A DNA stretch of 64,000 nucleotides from an uncultured Acidimicrobiia bacterium (GCA_963836545.1 CAWIKD010000005.1:55186-119185); one strand, 5' to 3'. Shown: positions 11,158-24,162, numbered from the stretch's first letter. A program made the numbers and translations. The notes: a model not told the origin generated them from the letters alone.

Positions 11158-11651
11158 TCACGACGTCGTCGCCGTCGGACAGGCGGTGCACGCCGGCGAA
11201 GGGCTCCGATGCCGAGCGCGGCGACGGCGCTCGGCAGTGCCTTGAGCTGGCTGGTGACCACCGCCGACGGCACGGCCTCGGGCCGCGAGCGGTTGCGGGC
11301 CCGCGCCTCCCGTTCGGGGGTGTCGACGACGACGGCGTGGCAGGCGACGCCGGCGGCATCGGCCAGGCGCCGGTAGCGGGCGCGGACGGCCGGATCGAGC
11401 GCCGTGGAGTCGATCACGGTCAGCAGGCCGCGGCGCAGGCGCTTGGCGACGATGAGCTCGAGGACCTCGGTGGCGTCCTTGGTCGCCCGCAGGTCGTGGC
11501 GATGACGCCCGACGACGGCGCGCAGGTCGTCGGCCGAGACGATCGCCGCCCGTTCGAACCACCGCCCGGCCCACGTCGACTTGCCGGCCCCGGCGACGCC
11601 GACCAGCACGACCAGGCACGGGTCTGGCAGACGGACGCCCACGGGCCGCAC
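11158..11651 (-). CDS. P-loop ATPase/kinase (AAA_33-like; zeta-toxin/polynucleotide-kinase fold); 3' end unresolved
   Basis: Walker A LVGVAGAGKSTWAGRWF, then DSTALDP..VVVDTPEREARARN. After ~145 codons the sensible text jumps to the -1 frame (..SEPFAGVHRLSDGDDVV..). That frame then runs without a stop into the downstream oxidoreductase gene, so at least one indel lies near 11205-11215 and the true stop is unclear. Confidence 0.55.
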
Positions 11652-11769
11652 CGTACGCCGGCCGCTGCGCCGCTAGCTCCGACGACCGGCGACCTGACGT
11701 CAGTCCGGTGCATCGTGCCTGGTCACCGGCCACGTGCTCACTCGCGCACCCCTTCGTCATGCTCGACCC

Positions 11770-12378
11770 ATGATCTTCACGACCCGTTGCGCCGGCTGCG
11801 AGACACCGGGCGCCCCGATCTGTCGCACCTGCCGGTTCGCGCTCGTCAGCCGGGCTCGCCCCGAGGCACCCGACGGCGTCCTGGTCGCCGCCCCGTTCTC
11901 CGGGCGGGTCCGCGACGTGCTGCTCGGGTTCAAGTACCGCAACCGGCGAGCGGTCGCCGGACACCTCGCCGGGTTGCTGGTGAACCGGCTGGTGGCGGCC
12001 GATCGGGGCGTCGACATCGTGACGTGGGCGCCCACCAGCCGACGACGACGACGGGAGCGCGGCTTCGACCAGGCCGAGCTCGTGGCCCGCCACGTCGCCC
12101 GCCAGCTGGGCGTGCCGTGCCGGCGCCTGCTCGACCGGGCCGACGTCGAGGGTCCCCAGACCGGACGCGATCGTCACGCCCGGCTCCACGCACCGACGTT
12201 CCGCGCCCATCCCCACGTGCCCCGGGCGCGCATCCTCGTCATCGACGACGTGGTGACGACGGGCGCCACCTTGCGGGCGGCGACCGCCGAGCTCGAACAG
12301 GCCGGCGCCACCGAGGTGGTTCCGGCGGCGTTCGCGGCGACACCGGATCGCCGCCACCAGATGGCTCGGGCGGCCTGA
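11770..12378 (+). CDS. ComF-family phosphoribosyltransferase-domain protein
   Basis: N-terminal Cys cluster (CAGCETPGAPICRTCRF) and PRTase motif ILVIDDVVTTGATL. Its position upstream of secA matches the mycobacterial Rv3242c-secA1 arrangement. Confidence 0.75.
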   Translation: MIFTTRCAGCETPGAPICRTCRFALVSRARPEAPDGVLVAAPFSGRVRDVLLGFKYRNRRAVAGHLAGLLVNRLVAADRGVDIVTWAPTSRRRRRERGFDQAELVARHVARQLGVPCRRLLDRADVEGPQTGRDRHARLHAPTFRAHPHVPRARILVIDDVVTTGATLRAATAELEQAGATEVVPAAFAATPDRRHQMARAA

Positions 12379-12435
12379 GCCCGCTCGCCGACCGTCACGC
12401 CACCGGCCCCCGCTGGGCGCGATCCGTCGCACCTG

Positions 12436-12455
12436 CCGGCCCGCCAGCGGGCCGG
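12436..12455 (+). terminator. hairpin CCGGCCC-GCCAGC-GGGCCGG (7-bp stem) followed by TT, between ComF-like gene and secA
   Basis: Perfect inverted repeat read directly. A second hairpin (CCTACC-N9-GGTAGG, 12469-12489) lies 13 nt before the secA ATG. Confidence 0.4.
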
Positions 12456-12501
12456 TTGCGCCGAAGCGCCTACCAGGGCAGGCGGTAGGCTCGGACCCCG
12501 C

Positions 12502-15476
<2,975 letters not shown>

Positions 15477-15491
15477 GCGCCGACATCCTGC

Positions 15492-16601
15492 ATGCGTGAC
15501 TTCACCGACGACCTGCGCGAGCTGCGTCGACGCCTCGGTGAGGCCGAGGTGTACCTGCGCGTCGGCGAGTCGCGCAACCGGCTGACCGAGCTGGAGGCCG
15601 AGATGGGTCGGCCCGATCTCTGGGACGACGCCAACGCGGCCAAGGCGCTCACCGGCGAGTACGCCAACGTCCGCGACGACCTGGCGACCTACGACGCGCT
15701 GGCCGCACAGCTGGACGACGCCGAGCTGCTGCACGAGATGGCGCGCGAGGAGGACGACGAGAGCCAGGAGCCCGAGATCCTCGAGTCGATCGGCCAGGTC
15801 AAGGCGGGGCTCGATCAGCTCGATCTGCGCAGCCTGTTCACGGGCGAGCACGACGAGGCCGACGCCATCGTCCAGATCAACGCCAAGGACGGCGGCGTCG
15901 ACGCCCAGGACTGGTCGGAGACGCTGCTGCGGATGTACGAGCGCTGGGCCGAGCGCCGCGGGCTCACGTTCACCGTCGACGACGTCTCCGAGGGCACCGA
16001 GGCCGGCATCCTGTCGGCCGAGTTCACGTTGTCCGGGCGCTACGCCTACGGCCTCATGACGAGCGAGCGGGGCACCCACCGCCTCGTGCGGATCAGTCCG
16101 TTCGACAACCAGGGGCGTCGCCAGACGAGCTTCGCCGCCGTCCAGGTGTGGCCGATGATGGACGACGCCGACGTCACCCTCGACGAGGCCGACATCCGGA
16201 TGGAGGTCTTCCGGGCGTCCGGCGCCGGCGGCCAGCACGTCAACAAGACGTCGTCGGCGGTGCGCCTCGTCCATGAACCGACCGGCCTCGTCGCCAGCTC
16301 GCAGGAGGAGCGCAGCCAGCTCCAGAACCGGGAGAAGGCGATGGGTCGCCTCAAGGCGATGTACGCGGCGAAGGTCGAGGAGGAGCGCCAGGCCGAGCTC
16401 GACGCCATCGGTGGCAAGCAGGCCCAGGTGGGGTGGGGGAGCCAGATCCGCTCGTACGTGCTGCAGCCGTACCAGATGGTGAAGGACCTGCGCACCGACA
16501 TCGAATCGGGGAACATCACCGCCGTGCTGGACGGCGATCTCGACGAGTTCATGGAGGGCTGGTTGCGCTGGCGCCGGGCCCAGGGCGACGACGCAGGCTG
16601 A
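15492..16601 (+). CDS. prfB: peptide chain release factor 2 (uninterrupted; no programmed +1 frameshift site)
   Basis: 369 aa. SPF motif ([15 protein letters not shown]) and GGQ motif ([18 protein letters not shown]) present. The ORF is continuous from the ATG. Confidence 0.9.
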   Translation: MRDFTDDLRELRRRLGEAEVYLRVGESRNRLTELEAEMGRPDLWDDANAAKALTGEYANVRDDLATYDALAAQLDDAELLHEMAREEDDESQEPEILESIGQVKAGLDQLDLRSLFTGEHDEADAIVQINAKDGGVDAQDWSETLLRMYERWAERRGLTFTVDDVSEGTEAGILSAEFTLSGRYAYGLMTSERGTHRLVRISPFDNQGRRQTSFAAVQVWPMMDDADVTLDEADIRMEVFRASGAGGQHVNKTSSAVRLVHEPTGLVASSQEERSQLQNREKAMGRLKAMYAAKVEEERQAELDAIGGKQAQVGWGSQIRSYVLQPYQMVKDLRTDIESGNITAVLDGDLDEFMEGWLRWRRAQGDDAG

Positions 16602-16616
16602 GTCGCCGACCCGGAC

Positions 16617-17978
16617 GTGCCAAGCTGGCGCCGTCCGCACGACCATCGGGGGGTGGCCAACTTGGGGGTCTTGGAAGGTCTCACCGTGGTCGAGCTGTCG
16701 ATCGCCATCGCCGCGCCGAGCTGCGCCCGGGCGTTGGCGTTCCACGGCGCCGACGTGCTGCGCATCGAGTCGCGCACCAACCCGGATGTCGCCCGGCTGT
16801 TCGGGTCGAACTGGGCCGGCGACCTGAGCACTGCGGCGTACATGGACACGTCCCCGTACCTCCCGGAGATGTCGGCCAACAAGCGCTCGATCGGCCTCGA
16901 GCTGAAGACCGCCGAGGGCCGGGCCGCGGCGATGGCGCTGTTGGCGCAGGCCGACGTCTTCATCACCAACTACTCGACGCCCGCCGTGCGTGGCCTGGGG
17001 CTCGGACACGAGGACGTCGCGGCGATCAACCCCCGGCTGATCTACATCGCCCTGCCCGGCTTCGGGTCGGACGCTGCGCAGCCGTACTACGAGTTCCTCG
17101 CGTGGGGGCCCAACCAGGCGCCGCTCGTCGGGCTCGACGAGCTGACCGGGTACCCGGACCAGGTCCCAGCAGGGATCGCCACCATCGCCCCGCCGGACTA
17201 CTTCGCCGGCCTGCACGCGATGATGGCCGTGCTCACCGCGCTGGAGCACCGCGATCAGACCGGTGAGGGCTCGTTCGTCGACATCTCGCAGTTCGAGACC
17301 ACGGTGTCGAGCCTCGGCCCGTTCCTGCTCGATCACGAGCTGAGCGGCAACGTCCCGGAGCGCTCGGGGAACCGCCTCGCGTGGTTGGCGCCGCAGGGCA
17401 CGTATGCGTGCGAGGGGGAGGACGCCTGGGTCGCGGTCAGCGTCGACGACGACCCGACGTGGGCCGGACTGGCCGAGCTGCTCGGTGGCGATGCCCGTGA
17501 CGATCGCTTCGCGACGCTCGCCGGTCGCATCGAGCACCACGACGAGATCGACGCGCTCATCGCCGCGTGGGCCGCCCCCTTCGCGCCGGACGACGCGGCG
17601 GTGGCGTTGCAGGCGGCCGGGGTCGCGGCGTGTGCGGTGTACGACAACACAGGCGTGCTGGCCGACCCCCAGGTGCGGGCCCGCCACTGGTTCCAAGCCG
17701 TCGCCTCGACCCGGTTCCCGGACGGTGACCTGTTCAGCGGGCACCCGATCCGTCTCGGCGCCGAGGCCGGATCGTGGTGGCGAGGCGGGCCGTCGATGGG
17801 CGAGGACACGCGCGACGTGTTGATGTCGGTGGCCGGGATGTCGTCGGCCGAGGTCGACGCGCTGATCGCCGCCGGCGGGGCGTTCGAGGACGCCGAGCCC
17901 GAGCTGAAGCTGCGCCGTCCGTACCTCGGCGAGCTGGCCGACCACGAGATCGTGGTGACGGTGAAGGAGCTGGCATGA
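16617..17978 (+). CDS. CaiB/BaiF-family CoA-transferase (family III)
   Basis: LEGLTVVELS..APSCARALAFHGADVLRIE..ADVFITNY..DISQFETTV..WAGLAELLGGD: the typical family III CoA-transferase layout. Confidence 0.8.
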   Translation: MPSWRRPHDHRGVANLGVLEGLTVVELSIAIAAPSCARALAFHGADVLRIESRTNPDVARLFGSNWAGDLSTAAYMDTSPYLPEMSANKRSIGLELKTAEGRAAAMALLAQADVFITNYSTPAVRGLGLGHEDVAAINPRLIYIALPGFGSDAAQPYYEFLAWGPNQAPLVGLDELTGYPDQVPAGIATIAPPDYFAGLHAMMAVLTALEHRDQTGEGSFVDISQFETTVSSLGPFLLDHELSGNVPERSGNRLAWLAPQGTYACEGEDAWVAVSVDDDPTWAGLAELLGGDARDDRFATLAGRIEHHDEIDALIAAWAAPFAPDDAAVALQAAGVAACAVYDNTGVLADPQVRARHWFQAVASTRFPDGDLFSGHPIRLGAEAGSWWRGGPSMGEDTRDVLMSVAGMSSAEVDALIAAGGAFEDAEPELKLRRPYLGELADHEIVVTVKELA

Positions 17979-19097
17979 CCACCGGTCCGTGGGCCGGCGT
18001 GCGGGTCGTCGAGCTGACCGGGCTCACCGGGGCCTACGCGACGCGGATCTGGGCCGGCCTCGGGGCCGACGTGGTCGTCGCCGAGCCCGCCGAGGGCCAC
18101 GTGCTGCGCAGCCTGCCGCCGTTCGCGCCCGGCGACGACGGGGCGTCGCTGTGGTGGACGTTCTTCGGCCAGGGCAAGCGCTCGGTCGTCGCCCCGCCTG
18201 GGAGTGCGGCGCCGCGATGCGCTGCTGGCAACGGCCGACGTTGTCATCACCGACGTCGCGCCCGGCGCCGACCCGCCGGTGCCGGCCCACGAACGCCAGG
18301 TGGTCGTCGCCGTGACGCCGTTCGGCCTCACCGGGCCGCGGCGGGATTGGAAGGGATCCGAGCTCGTCGCGTGGGCATCGGCCGGGATCGGCATCACGAT
18401 CGGCTTCCCGGACCGCCCCCCGGTGGCGCCGGCGACGCCCGTCCAGTTCGCCGCCCACGTCACGTCGCTCTACGCAGTCAACGCGGCGATGCTCGCCCTG
18501 CGCGGCCGGCGCCGGACCGGGCACGGCCAGGTCGTCGACATCTCGATGCAGGAGTGCTGCCTGTCGCTGGCTCCCGAGACCGGCGTGTCGATGTTCCTGG
18601 ACGACCGACTGCGGCGGGGACGCCCGGGCAACCGCCGCGCCGTGACGCGGCCCTGGGGGCTCTATCCGTGCGCCGACGGCTTCGTCTCCTACCTCGTGCT
18701 GCAGCCGGCGCACTGGCGGGCCATGGCCGAGTGGATCGCCGAGGAGACCGGCATGGACGCCGTGCTCGAGGACGTCTTCATGGACATGCGAGTGCGGTGG
18801 GAGGCCTCGGACTTCATCGACGACTGCACCGAGATGCTCACCCGCCCGCGAACGAAGCTCGATCTGTTCGTGGAGGGCCAACGCCGCGGGATCCCGACGA
18901 CGCCGGTGAACACGGTGGCCGACCTGCGCAACGACCCGCACCTGCGCAGCGCCGGGTTCTGGCGCGACGAGGAGCACCCGTCGCTCGGTGCCCTGTCGGG
19001 GCCGGGCGCACCCTTCCGGGTCGATCACGACTGGTGGCAGTGGGCCGCCGCCCCGGCGCTCGGTGCCGACACCGACGCCGTGCTGGCCAGCGCCTGA
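17975..19097 (+). CDS. CaiB/BaiF-family CoA-transferase, second copy; frame change near 18195-18205
   Basis: Start ATG overlaps the upstream stop (ATGA). N-terminal segment MTTGPWAGVRVVELTG..GKRSVVAPP reads in one frame; the remainder (..DALLATADVVITD..VVDISMQE..) reads in ORF 18204..19097. Confidence 0.7.
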
Positions 19098-19138
19098 GCG
19101 ACGGCGGGGGATCCGCCGCCGGGCGACGGAACAAACGC

Positions 19139-19185
19139 GTGTGTCCCCGGTAGCCTGTCGTCGCCTTCGTAACAGGACTGACACA
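19139..19185 (+). promoter_or_regulatory. nested hairpin (GTGTGTC..GACACAC enclosing CCTGT..ACAGG) in the lower-GC leader 15 nt upstream of ftsE
   Basis: Inverted repeats read directly in the 102-bp gap between the CoA-transferase and ftsE. Confidence 0.35.
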
Positions 19186-19199
19186 CTCCCACCCGTTGC

Positions 19200-19877
19200 A
19201 TGATCCGACTCGAGAACGTCACCAAGAGCTACCAGAACGATGTCGTCGCGGTCCGCGACGCCAGCTTCGACGTACCGAAGGGTGAGTTCGTCTTCCTCGT
19301 CGGACCGTCGGGCTCGGGCAAGAGCACGCTGCTGCGGCTGCTCAACCGTCAGGACCGCCCCGAGAAGGGTGCCGTCTGGGTGGCCGGGCGCAACATCATC
19401 GACATGCCGTCGGGCCGGGTGCCGCAGCTGCGGCGCAACATCGGCAACATCTTCCAGGACTTCAAGCTGCTGACGAACAAGACGGTGTTCGAGAACATCG
19501 CCTTCGCCCAAGAGGTCATCGGCAAGCCGAAGCACGTGATCGCCCAGCAGGTGCCCGCGGTGCTCGACCTCGTCGGCCTCTCCGGCAAGGAGGACCGCTT
19601 CCCGCATCAGCTGTCCGGTGGTGAGCAGCAGCGCGTGTCGGTCGCTCGGGCGTTCGTCAACCGCCCGCTGATCATGCTGGCCGACGAGCCGACCGGGAAC
19701 CTCGACCCGGCCACCGGCGAGGGCATCATGCGGCTCCTCGACCGCATCAACAAGACCGGCACCACCGTGCTGATGGCGACCCACGACCAGCGCATCGTCA
19801 ACACGATGCGCAAGCGCGTCATCCAGCTCGACCGCGGCGTCATCGTGCGCGACCAAGCGCGCGGCGTCTACGAGTAA
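19200..19877 (+). CDS. ftsE: cell-division ATP-binding protein FtsE
   Basis: Walker A GPSGSGKST, ABC signature LSGGEQQRV, Walker B MLADEPTGNLD, ~225 aa, followed by ftsX. Confidence 0.9.
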   Translation: MIRLENVTKSYQNDVVAVRDASFDVPKGEFVFLVGPSGSGKSTLLRLLNRQDRPEKGAVWVAGRNIIDMPSGRVPQLRRNIGNIFQDFKLLTNKTVFENIAFAQEVIGKPKHVIAQQVPAVLDLVGLSGKEDRFPHQLSGGEQQRVSVARAFVNRPLIMLADEPTGNLDPATGEGIMRLLDRINKTGTTVLMATHDQRIVNTMRKRVIQLDRGVIVRDQARGVYE

Positions 19878-19892
19878 GCCCCCTCGGCCTCC

Positions 19893-20795
19893 ATGCTCTC
19901 ACGCCTCACCTACACGTTCCGCGAGACGTGGGCCAGCTTCCGCCGCAACATGACGTTGACGGTCGCGGCGATCATCACGTCGGCCGTGTCGTTGCTGATC
20001 TTCGGCCTGACGTTGCTGATGCAACAGGGCTTCGACAACCTCCTCACCGCCTGGGAAGGCGGCGTGGAGATGATCGTCTACGTCAACCCGGGCGCCACCG
20101 ACGCCCAGCGGGCCGAGATCGAGAGCGCCCTGTCGGCGTCGTCGCAGCAGATCGAGACGTTCCGCTACTGCAACCCGGACTGCTCGATGGCCGAGGCCCA
20201 GCGGCTGCTCGCCGGCGACCCGTCGACGCTGAAGCTGATCACGCCGCAGAACATCCCGACGCAGTACAAGGTGGTCCCGACCGACGCCACCGACGTGAAC
20301 ACGTTGCGCCAGCTGCGTGACAGCCTGGGCGACCTCCCGAACGTGTCCAAGATCGTGCTCGCCGACCAGCAGCTCGACGTCATCTCGAAGCTGAAGGGAT
20401 TCGTGGGCCTCTACACGGTGATCTTGTCGGTCGCCCTGCTGTTCGCAGCCATCTTGCTCATCTGGAACACGATCCGCACCGCCATGTTCGCCCGAAGACG
20501 GGAGATCGAGGTGATGAAGCTCGTCGGCGCGACCGACTGGTTCATCCGCGTCCCGTTCATGCTCGAGGGCCTCATCCAAGGTGTGATCGGCGGCCTCGCC
20601 GCGTGCGCCGGGCTGTGGTTGATCAACAACCGCTGGACCGCCGGCGTCGTCGACTTCCCGAGCGACAGCGGCTTCGCCGCGCTCGTCGTCGACGACGGCT
20701 TCCTGTTCTCCCGGATGCTGATCCTGCTCGGCATCGGCGCCGCCGCCGGGGCCATCGGCTCCGGCATCGCCGCCAGCCGCTTCCTCGACATCTAG
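19893..20795 (+). CDS. ftsX: cell-division permease-like protein FtsX
   Basis: 300 aa with an N-terminal TM helix, a periplasmic loop and three C-terminal TM helices (FtsX layout), directly after ftsE. Confidence 0.85.
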   Translation: MLSRLTYTFRETWASFRRNMTLTVAAIITSAVSLLIFGLTLLMQQGFDNLLTAWEGGVEMIVYVNPGATDAQRAEIESALSASSQQIETFRYCNPDCSMAEAQRLLAGDPSTLKLITPQNIPTQYKVVPTDATDVNTLRQLRDSLGDLPNVSKIVLADQQLDVISKLKGFVGLYTVILSVALLFAAILLIWNTIRTAMFARRREIEVMKLVGATDWFIRVPFMLEGLIQGVIGGLAACAGLWLINNRWTAGVVDFPSDSGFAALVVDDGFLFSRMLILLGIGAAAGAIGSGIAASRFLDI

Positions 20796-21462
20796 CTACT
20801 TCTTGCGGATCAGGGTGACGCCGTCGCCGACCGGGAGCAGGTAGCTCTCGACCCGCGCGTCGGCGGCGATCTTGTCGTTGAACGCCTTGATGGCCGCGGT
20901 GTCGTCGTCGGTGGCGTCGTCGTCGACGACCCGTCCCGACCACAGCGTGTTGTCGACGAGCAGCAGCCCGTTGGGCCGGACGCGGCGGCAGGAGCTCGTC
21001 GAAGTACGCGGCGTAGCCACCCTTGTCGGCGTCGATGAACACGAGGTCGATGACCGGGTCGGCAGGCAGCGCGCGCAGCGTCTCGATGGCCGGGGCGATG
21101 CGCAGCTCGATGACGTCGGTGAGGCCGGCCTCGGCCCACGCCTCGCGGGCGAGGGCCGTGTACTCCTCGCTGACGTCGCAGCACAGCAGCGACCCACCGG
21201 GCGCCAGGCCGCGGGCGATGCACGTCGACGAGTAGCCGGTGAACGTGCCGACCTCGACGGCGCGCCGGGCCCCGACGAGGCGGGTCAGCAGCGTCAGGAG
21301 CGCGCCCTGGTCGGCCCCGACCTGCATGCCGGCGGCGCGTCCGAGCTCACGTGTGCGTTCCTGCAGGCGAGCCAGCACGTCGTCGGGTGGAGCGGTGCGC
21401 TCGGCGATGTAGAGGGCGATCTCTGGGGGCAGGAGGCTCTCGCGGTTGCGGCTGACGGCCAT
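20796..21462 (-). CDS. class I SAM-dependent O-methyltransferase (caffeoyl-CoA OMT / family-3-like); frame change near 21010-21030
   Basis: N-terminal part (MAVSRNRESLL..VEVGTFTGYSS..VIDLVFIDADKGGYAAYFDELLP) in ORF 20623..21612 and C-terminal part (RPNGLLLVDNTLWSGRVVDD..AIKAFNDKIAAD) in ORF 20796..21197. Confidence 0.7.
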
Positions 21463-21485
21463 GGCGGCGACGGTACCGTGACCCG

Positions 21486-21932
21486 ATGCCTGCGGACGGC
21501 CAGAGCCTGTTCGACGTCGTCGGCGGCGAGCCGTTCTTCGTGCGCCTCGTCGACGCGTTCTACGACGGCGTCGCCGACGATCCGGTGCTGCTGCGGTTGT
21601 ACCCCGAGGCACCCGACCTGACCGGGGCCCGTCATCGCCTGCGGCTGTTCCTGATCCAGTACTGGGGCGGCCCGACGACGTACTCCGACGAGCGCGGCCA
21701 CCCCCGCCTGCGCATGCGCCACATGCCGTTCCACATCGGCGGCGAGGAGCGCGACCGGTGGCTGACGCACATGCTGGGCGCCGTGGATCTCGTGACCGCC
21801 GACCTGCCGGAGGACATCCGCGACGAGGTCGCCGGCGCGCTGCGCGGCTACTTCACCCCGGCCGCCGAGCAGATGCGCAACGACACCGGGCTGCCGATCA
21901 CGCCGAGTGGGCGGCAGGACCTCCGCAGCTAG
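21486..21932 (+). CDS. glbO: group II truncated hemoglobin (trHbO)
   Basis: LFDVVGGEPFFVRLVDAFYDGVADDPVLLRLYP..LIQYWGGPTTYSDERGHPRLRMRHMPFHIG: the canonical trHb fold signature. Confidence 0.8.
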   Translation: MPADGQSLFDVVGGEPFFVRLVDAFYDGVADDPVLLRLYPEAPDLTGARHRLRLFLIQYWGGPTTYSDERGHPRLRMRHMPFHIGGEERDRWLTHMLGAVDLVTADLPEDIRDEVAGALRGYFTPAAEQMRNDTGLPITPSGRQDLRS

Positions 21933-22032
21933 CTCGGAGCTGCGGCTCGGTTGTCGAAGAGCTCTGGAAGTGGGGGTGGGCTGGGTCGGGTGACGGGTCG
22001 GGCCTCGTCGCCGGCCCGCCGGCGCCCGCCGG

Positions 22033-23138
22033 TCAGGCGGCGGGTGCTCTGGCTGGTGGGCGCCATTGGCCTTCGTGGATGAGGTGGTGGTGCTTGGAGC
22101 AGAGTGGGATCAGGTTGGCGAGGTTCGTGTTGCCTCCTTGCTTCCATTCGGTGAGGTGGTGGATGTCGCAGTCGCCGAAGCGGACGGGGCAGTCGGGTGC
22201 GGCGCAGGTCTGGTGCATGGCTCGGAGTGCTCGTCGTTGGTCGGCTGACGCCAACCGTTTGGCTCGGCCGACGTCGACGACTCTGCTCTCGCCGTCCAAC
22301 ACGATCGGGGATGATCTCCGCCTCGCACGCCAGCCGCCTCACCGTTGCCGGTGGGAGGGGCTGGCCGTCGTACGTCTCGCAGACGCTGGACTCGTGGAGG
22401 CCGGTGCGGAGCGTCTCGAGGTCGATGAGCACGAGCAGCTCGGCCGGACGCCGTGATCCCGGCGACCGCGCGTCGCGGTGACGATGGCCATGAACGCGTC
22501 GGCCTTGAGCTGATCGAACGTACGGTCGATCGTCGGGCTTGGCCTTCTCGGCGGCGACGGCGGCGTCGAACGCGGCCGACAACCGTGGCGTCGGCTTCGG
22601 GGTCGAGGCTGATCTGGGTGTGGCACATGCCCTCGCGGTCCATCCAACGACGAACCGCTCGCTGTGACCGCAGCTTCTCGTGGTGGCGCAGGCCCTCGTC
22701 GTGGGAGATGCGTCGGGCGAGGTCGCGGACGTGGCGGGCGAACGCGTCCACCGACGTCGACGCAGCCTGGGTCACGAGCTCGGGCGCCATCGTCGCCAGC
22801 TCGGCTCGCTCCTGAACATCGAGCCGGTTGCAGGCTCGAGCGATGGCATCGGCGTGTCCGGCCGACACCGTTCCCGCCGCCAGCGCCGAGCGCACCTCCG
22901 GCATCGCTTCGCACACGGTCGCTCGCTCGCTGACCACGTCGGCCTCGCGCGATGACCGGCGACCTCCGGCCGCCGCCAGCTCCCGTCGCCTGGCCACGAC
23001 CGCGGCATCGATCGAGTCGAGCCAACAGCGCAGCCGGTGGACCTGCGTGGAGACCGTCTCGAGGCCGGCGCTGTCGCACGTGGTCGGGTCGGTCTCCGCA
23101 ACGGACCGCAGCACGTCGACGAGATCGCTGGCCAACAT
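22033..23138 (-). pseudogene. DUF222/HNH endonuclease (REP13E12-like) gene split over at least three reading frames
   Basis: N-terminal DUF222 text is in ORF 22110..23138 (first ~200 aa). The middle part (LVLIDLETLRTGLHESSVCETYDG..ACEAEIIP) is in ORF 21929..22582. The HNH motif (CDIHHLTEW..LCSKHHHLIHEG) is in ORF 22033..22302. Confidence 0.7.
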
Positions 23139-23247
23139 GGGCCAATCATATCGTACATACGTTCCCTTGTCAACGGGAGATCTTGGGCCGATCTCCGGCC
23201 CGCGTGCCTAGGTCCGCCGACTCTGGCGGCGGTAGCTTCGGGCCCGC

Positions 23248-24162
23248 ATGAGCGTCGTGAGCGTCCGGGAGCTCCGCAAGGAGTACGGGGCGCTCGCCGC
23301 GGTCGACGGCATCTCGTTCGAGATCGGCGAGGGCGAGGTCTACGCCCTGCTCGGCGAGAACGGGGCCGGCAAGTCGACGACGGTGGAGATCCTGGAGGGC
23401 CACCGCGCCCGGACGTCCGGCGACGTCACCGTGCTCGGCACCGATCCCGGCAAGGCGACGCGTGAGTTCCGCAACCGCATCGGGATCGTGCTGCAGACCT
23501 CCGGTGTCGAGCACGAGCTGACGGCGCGTGAGGCGATCACGATCTATGGCTCGAGCTACGCCGCCCGGCGCACGCCCGAGGAGGTCATCGAGCTCGTCGG
23601 CCTGACACCGCAGCTCGACCAGCGGGTCGGCACGCTGTCGGGCGGTCAGCGGCGGCGGCTCGACCTCGCCCTCGGGATCGTCGGTCGTCCGTCGCTGCTG
23701 TTCCTCGACGAGCCGACGACCGGCTTCGATCCGGCCGCTCGGCGGCAGGCATGGGACCTGGTGCGCGAGCTGTGCTCCGGCGGCACGACGGTGCTGCTGA
23801 CCACCCACTACCTCGACGAGGCCGAGCACCTCGCCGATCGGGTCGGCGTCCTGGCAGCAGGGCGGATGGTCGCCGAAGGGACGCCCGAGGAGCTCGTCGG
23901 TGGCTCGGGCACGACGGTGGTCCGCTTCGACCTCCCCGCCGGTACCGGCGCCGCCGACCTGGCCGGCGTGGTCCCGTCCGGCGCGTCGGTCGGCCCCGAC
24001 CGGGTCGAGTTCACGACGACGTCGCCGACGTCGGCTGTCCACGCCGTCACCGGCTGGGCGCTCGAGCGTGGCGTCGAGCTGACCGGGCTCGTGGTGACCC
24101 GGCCGTCGCTGGAGGACGTCTTCCTGCAGCTCGCCGCCGAGCAGGACGCGGCCCACCGATGA
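23248..24162 (+). CDS. ABC transporter ATP-binding protein (DrrA-like exporter ATPase)
   Basis: Walker A GENGAGKST, signature LSGGQRRRL, Walker B LLFLDEPTTGFD. Confidence 0.85.
   Translation: MSVVSVRELRKEYGALAAVDGISFEIGEGEVYALLGENGAGKSTTVEILEGHRARTSGDVTVLGTDPGKATREFRNRIGIVLQTSGVEHELTAREAITIYGSSYAARRTPEEVIELVGLTPQLDQRVGTLSGGQRRRLDLALGIVGRPSLLFLDEPTTGFDPAARRQAWDLVRELCSGGTTVLLTTHYLDEAEHLADRVGVLAAGRMVAEGTPEELVGGSGTTVVRFDLPAGTGAADLAGVVPSGASVGPDRVEFTTTSPTSAVHAVTGWALERGVELTGLVVTRPSLEDVFLQLAAEQDAAHR

Noticed and set aside
15492-15600. Programmed +1 ribosomal frameshift site in prfB
   Set aside because: I looked for the CUU UGA C motif and a short upstream ORF0. RF2 is encoded as one uninterrupted 369-aa frame from its ATG, as in many Actinobacteria.
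20796-21500. smpB/ssrA (tmRNA) expected downstream of ftsX
   Set aside because: The region instead encodes a convergent O-methyltransferase and trHbO. No tmRNA-like tRNA-end sequence (GGTTCGA.TCC ... CCA) was seen.
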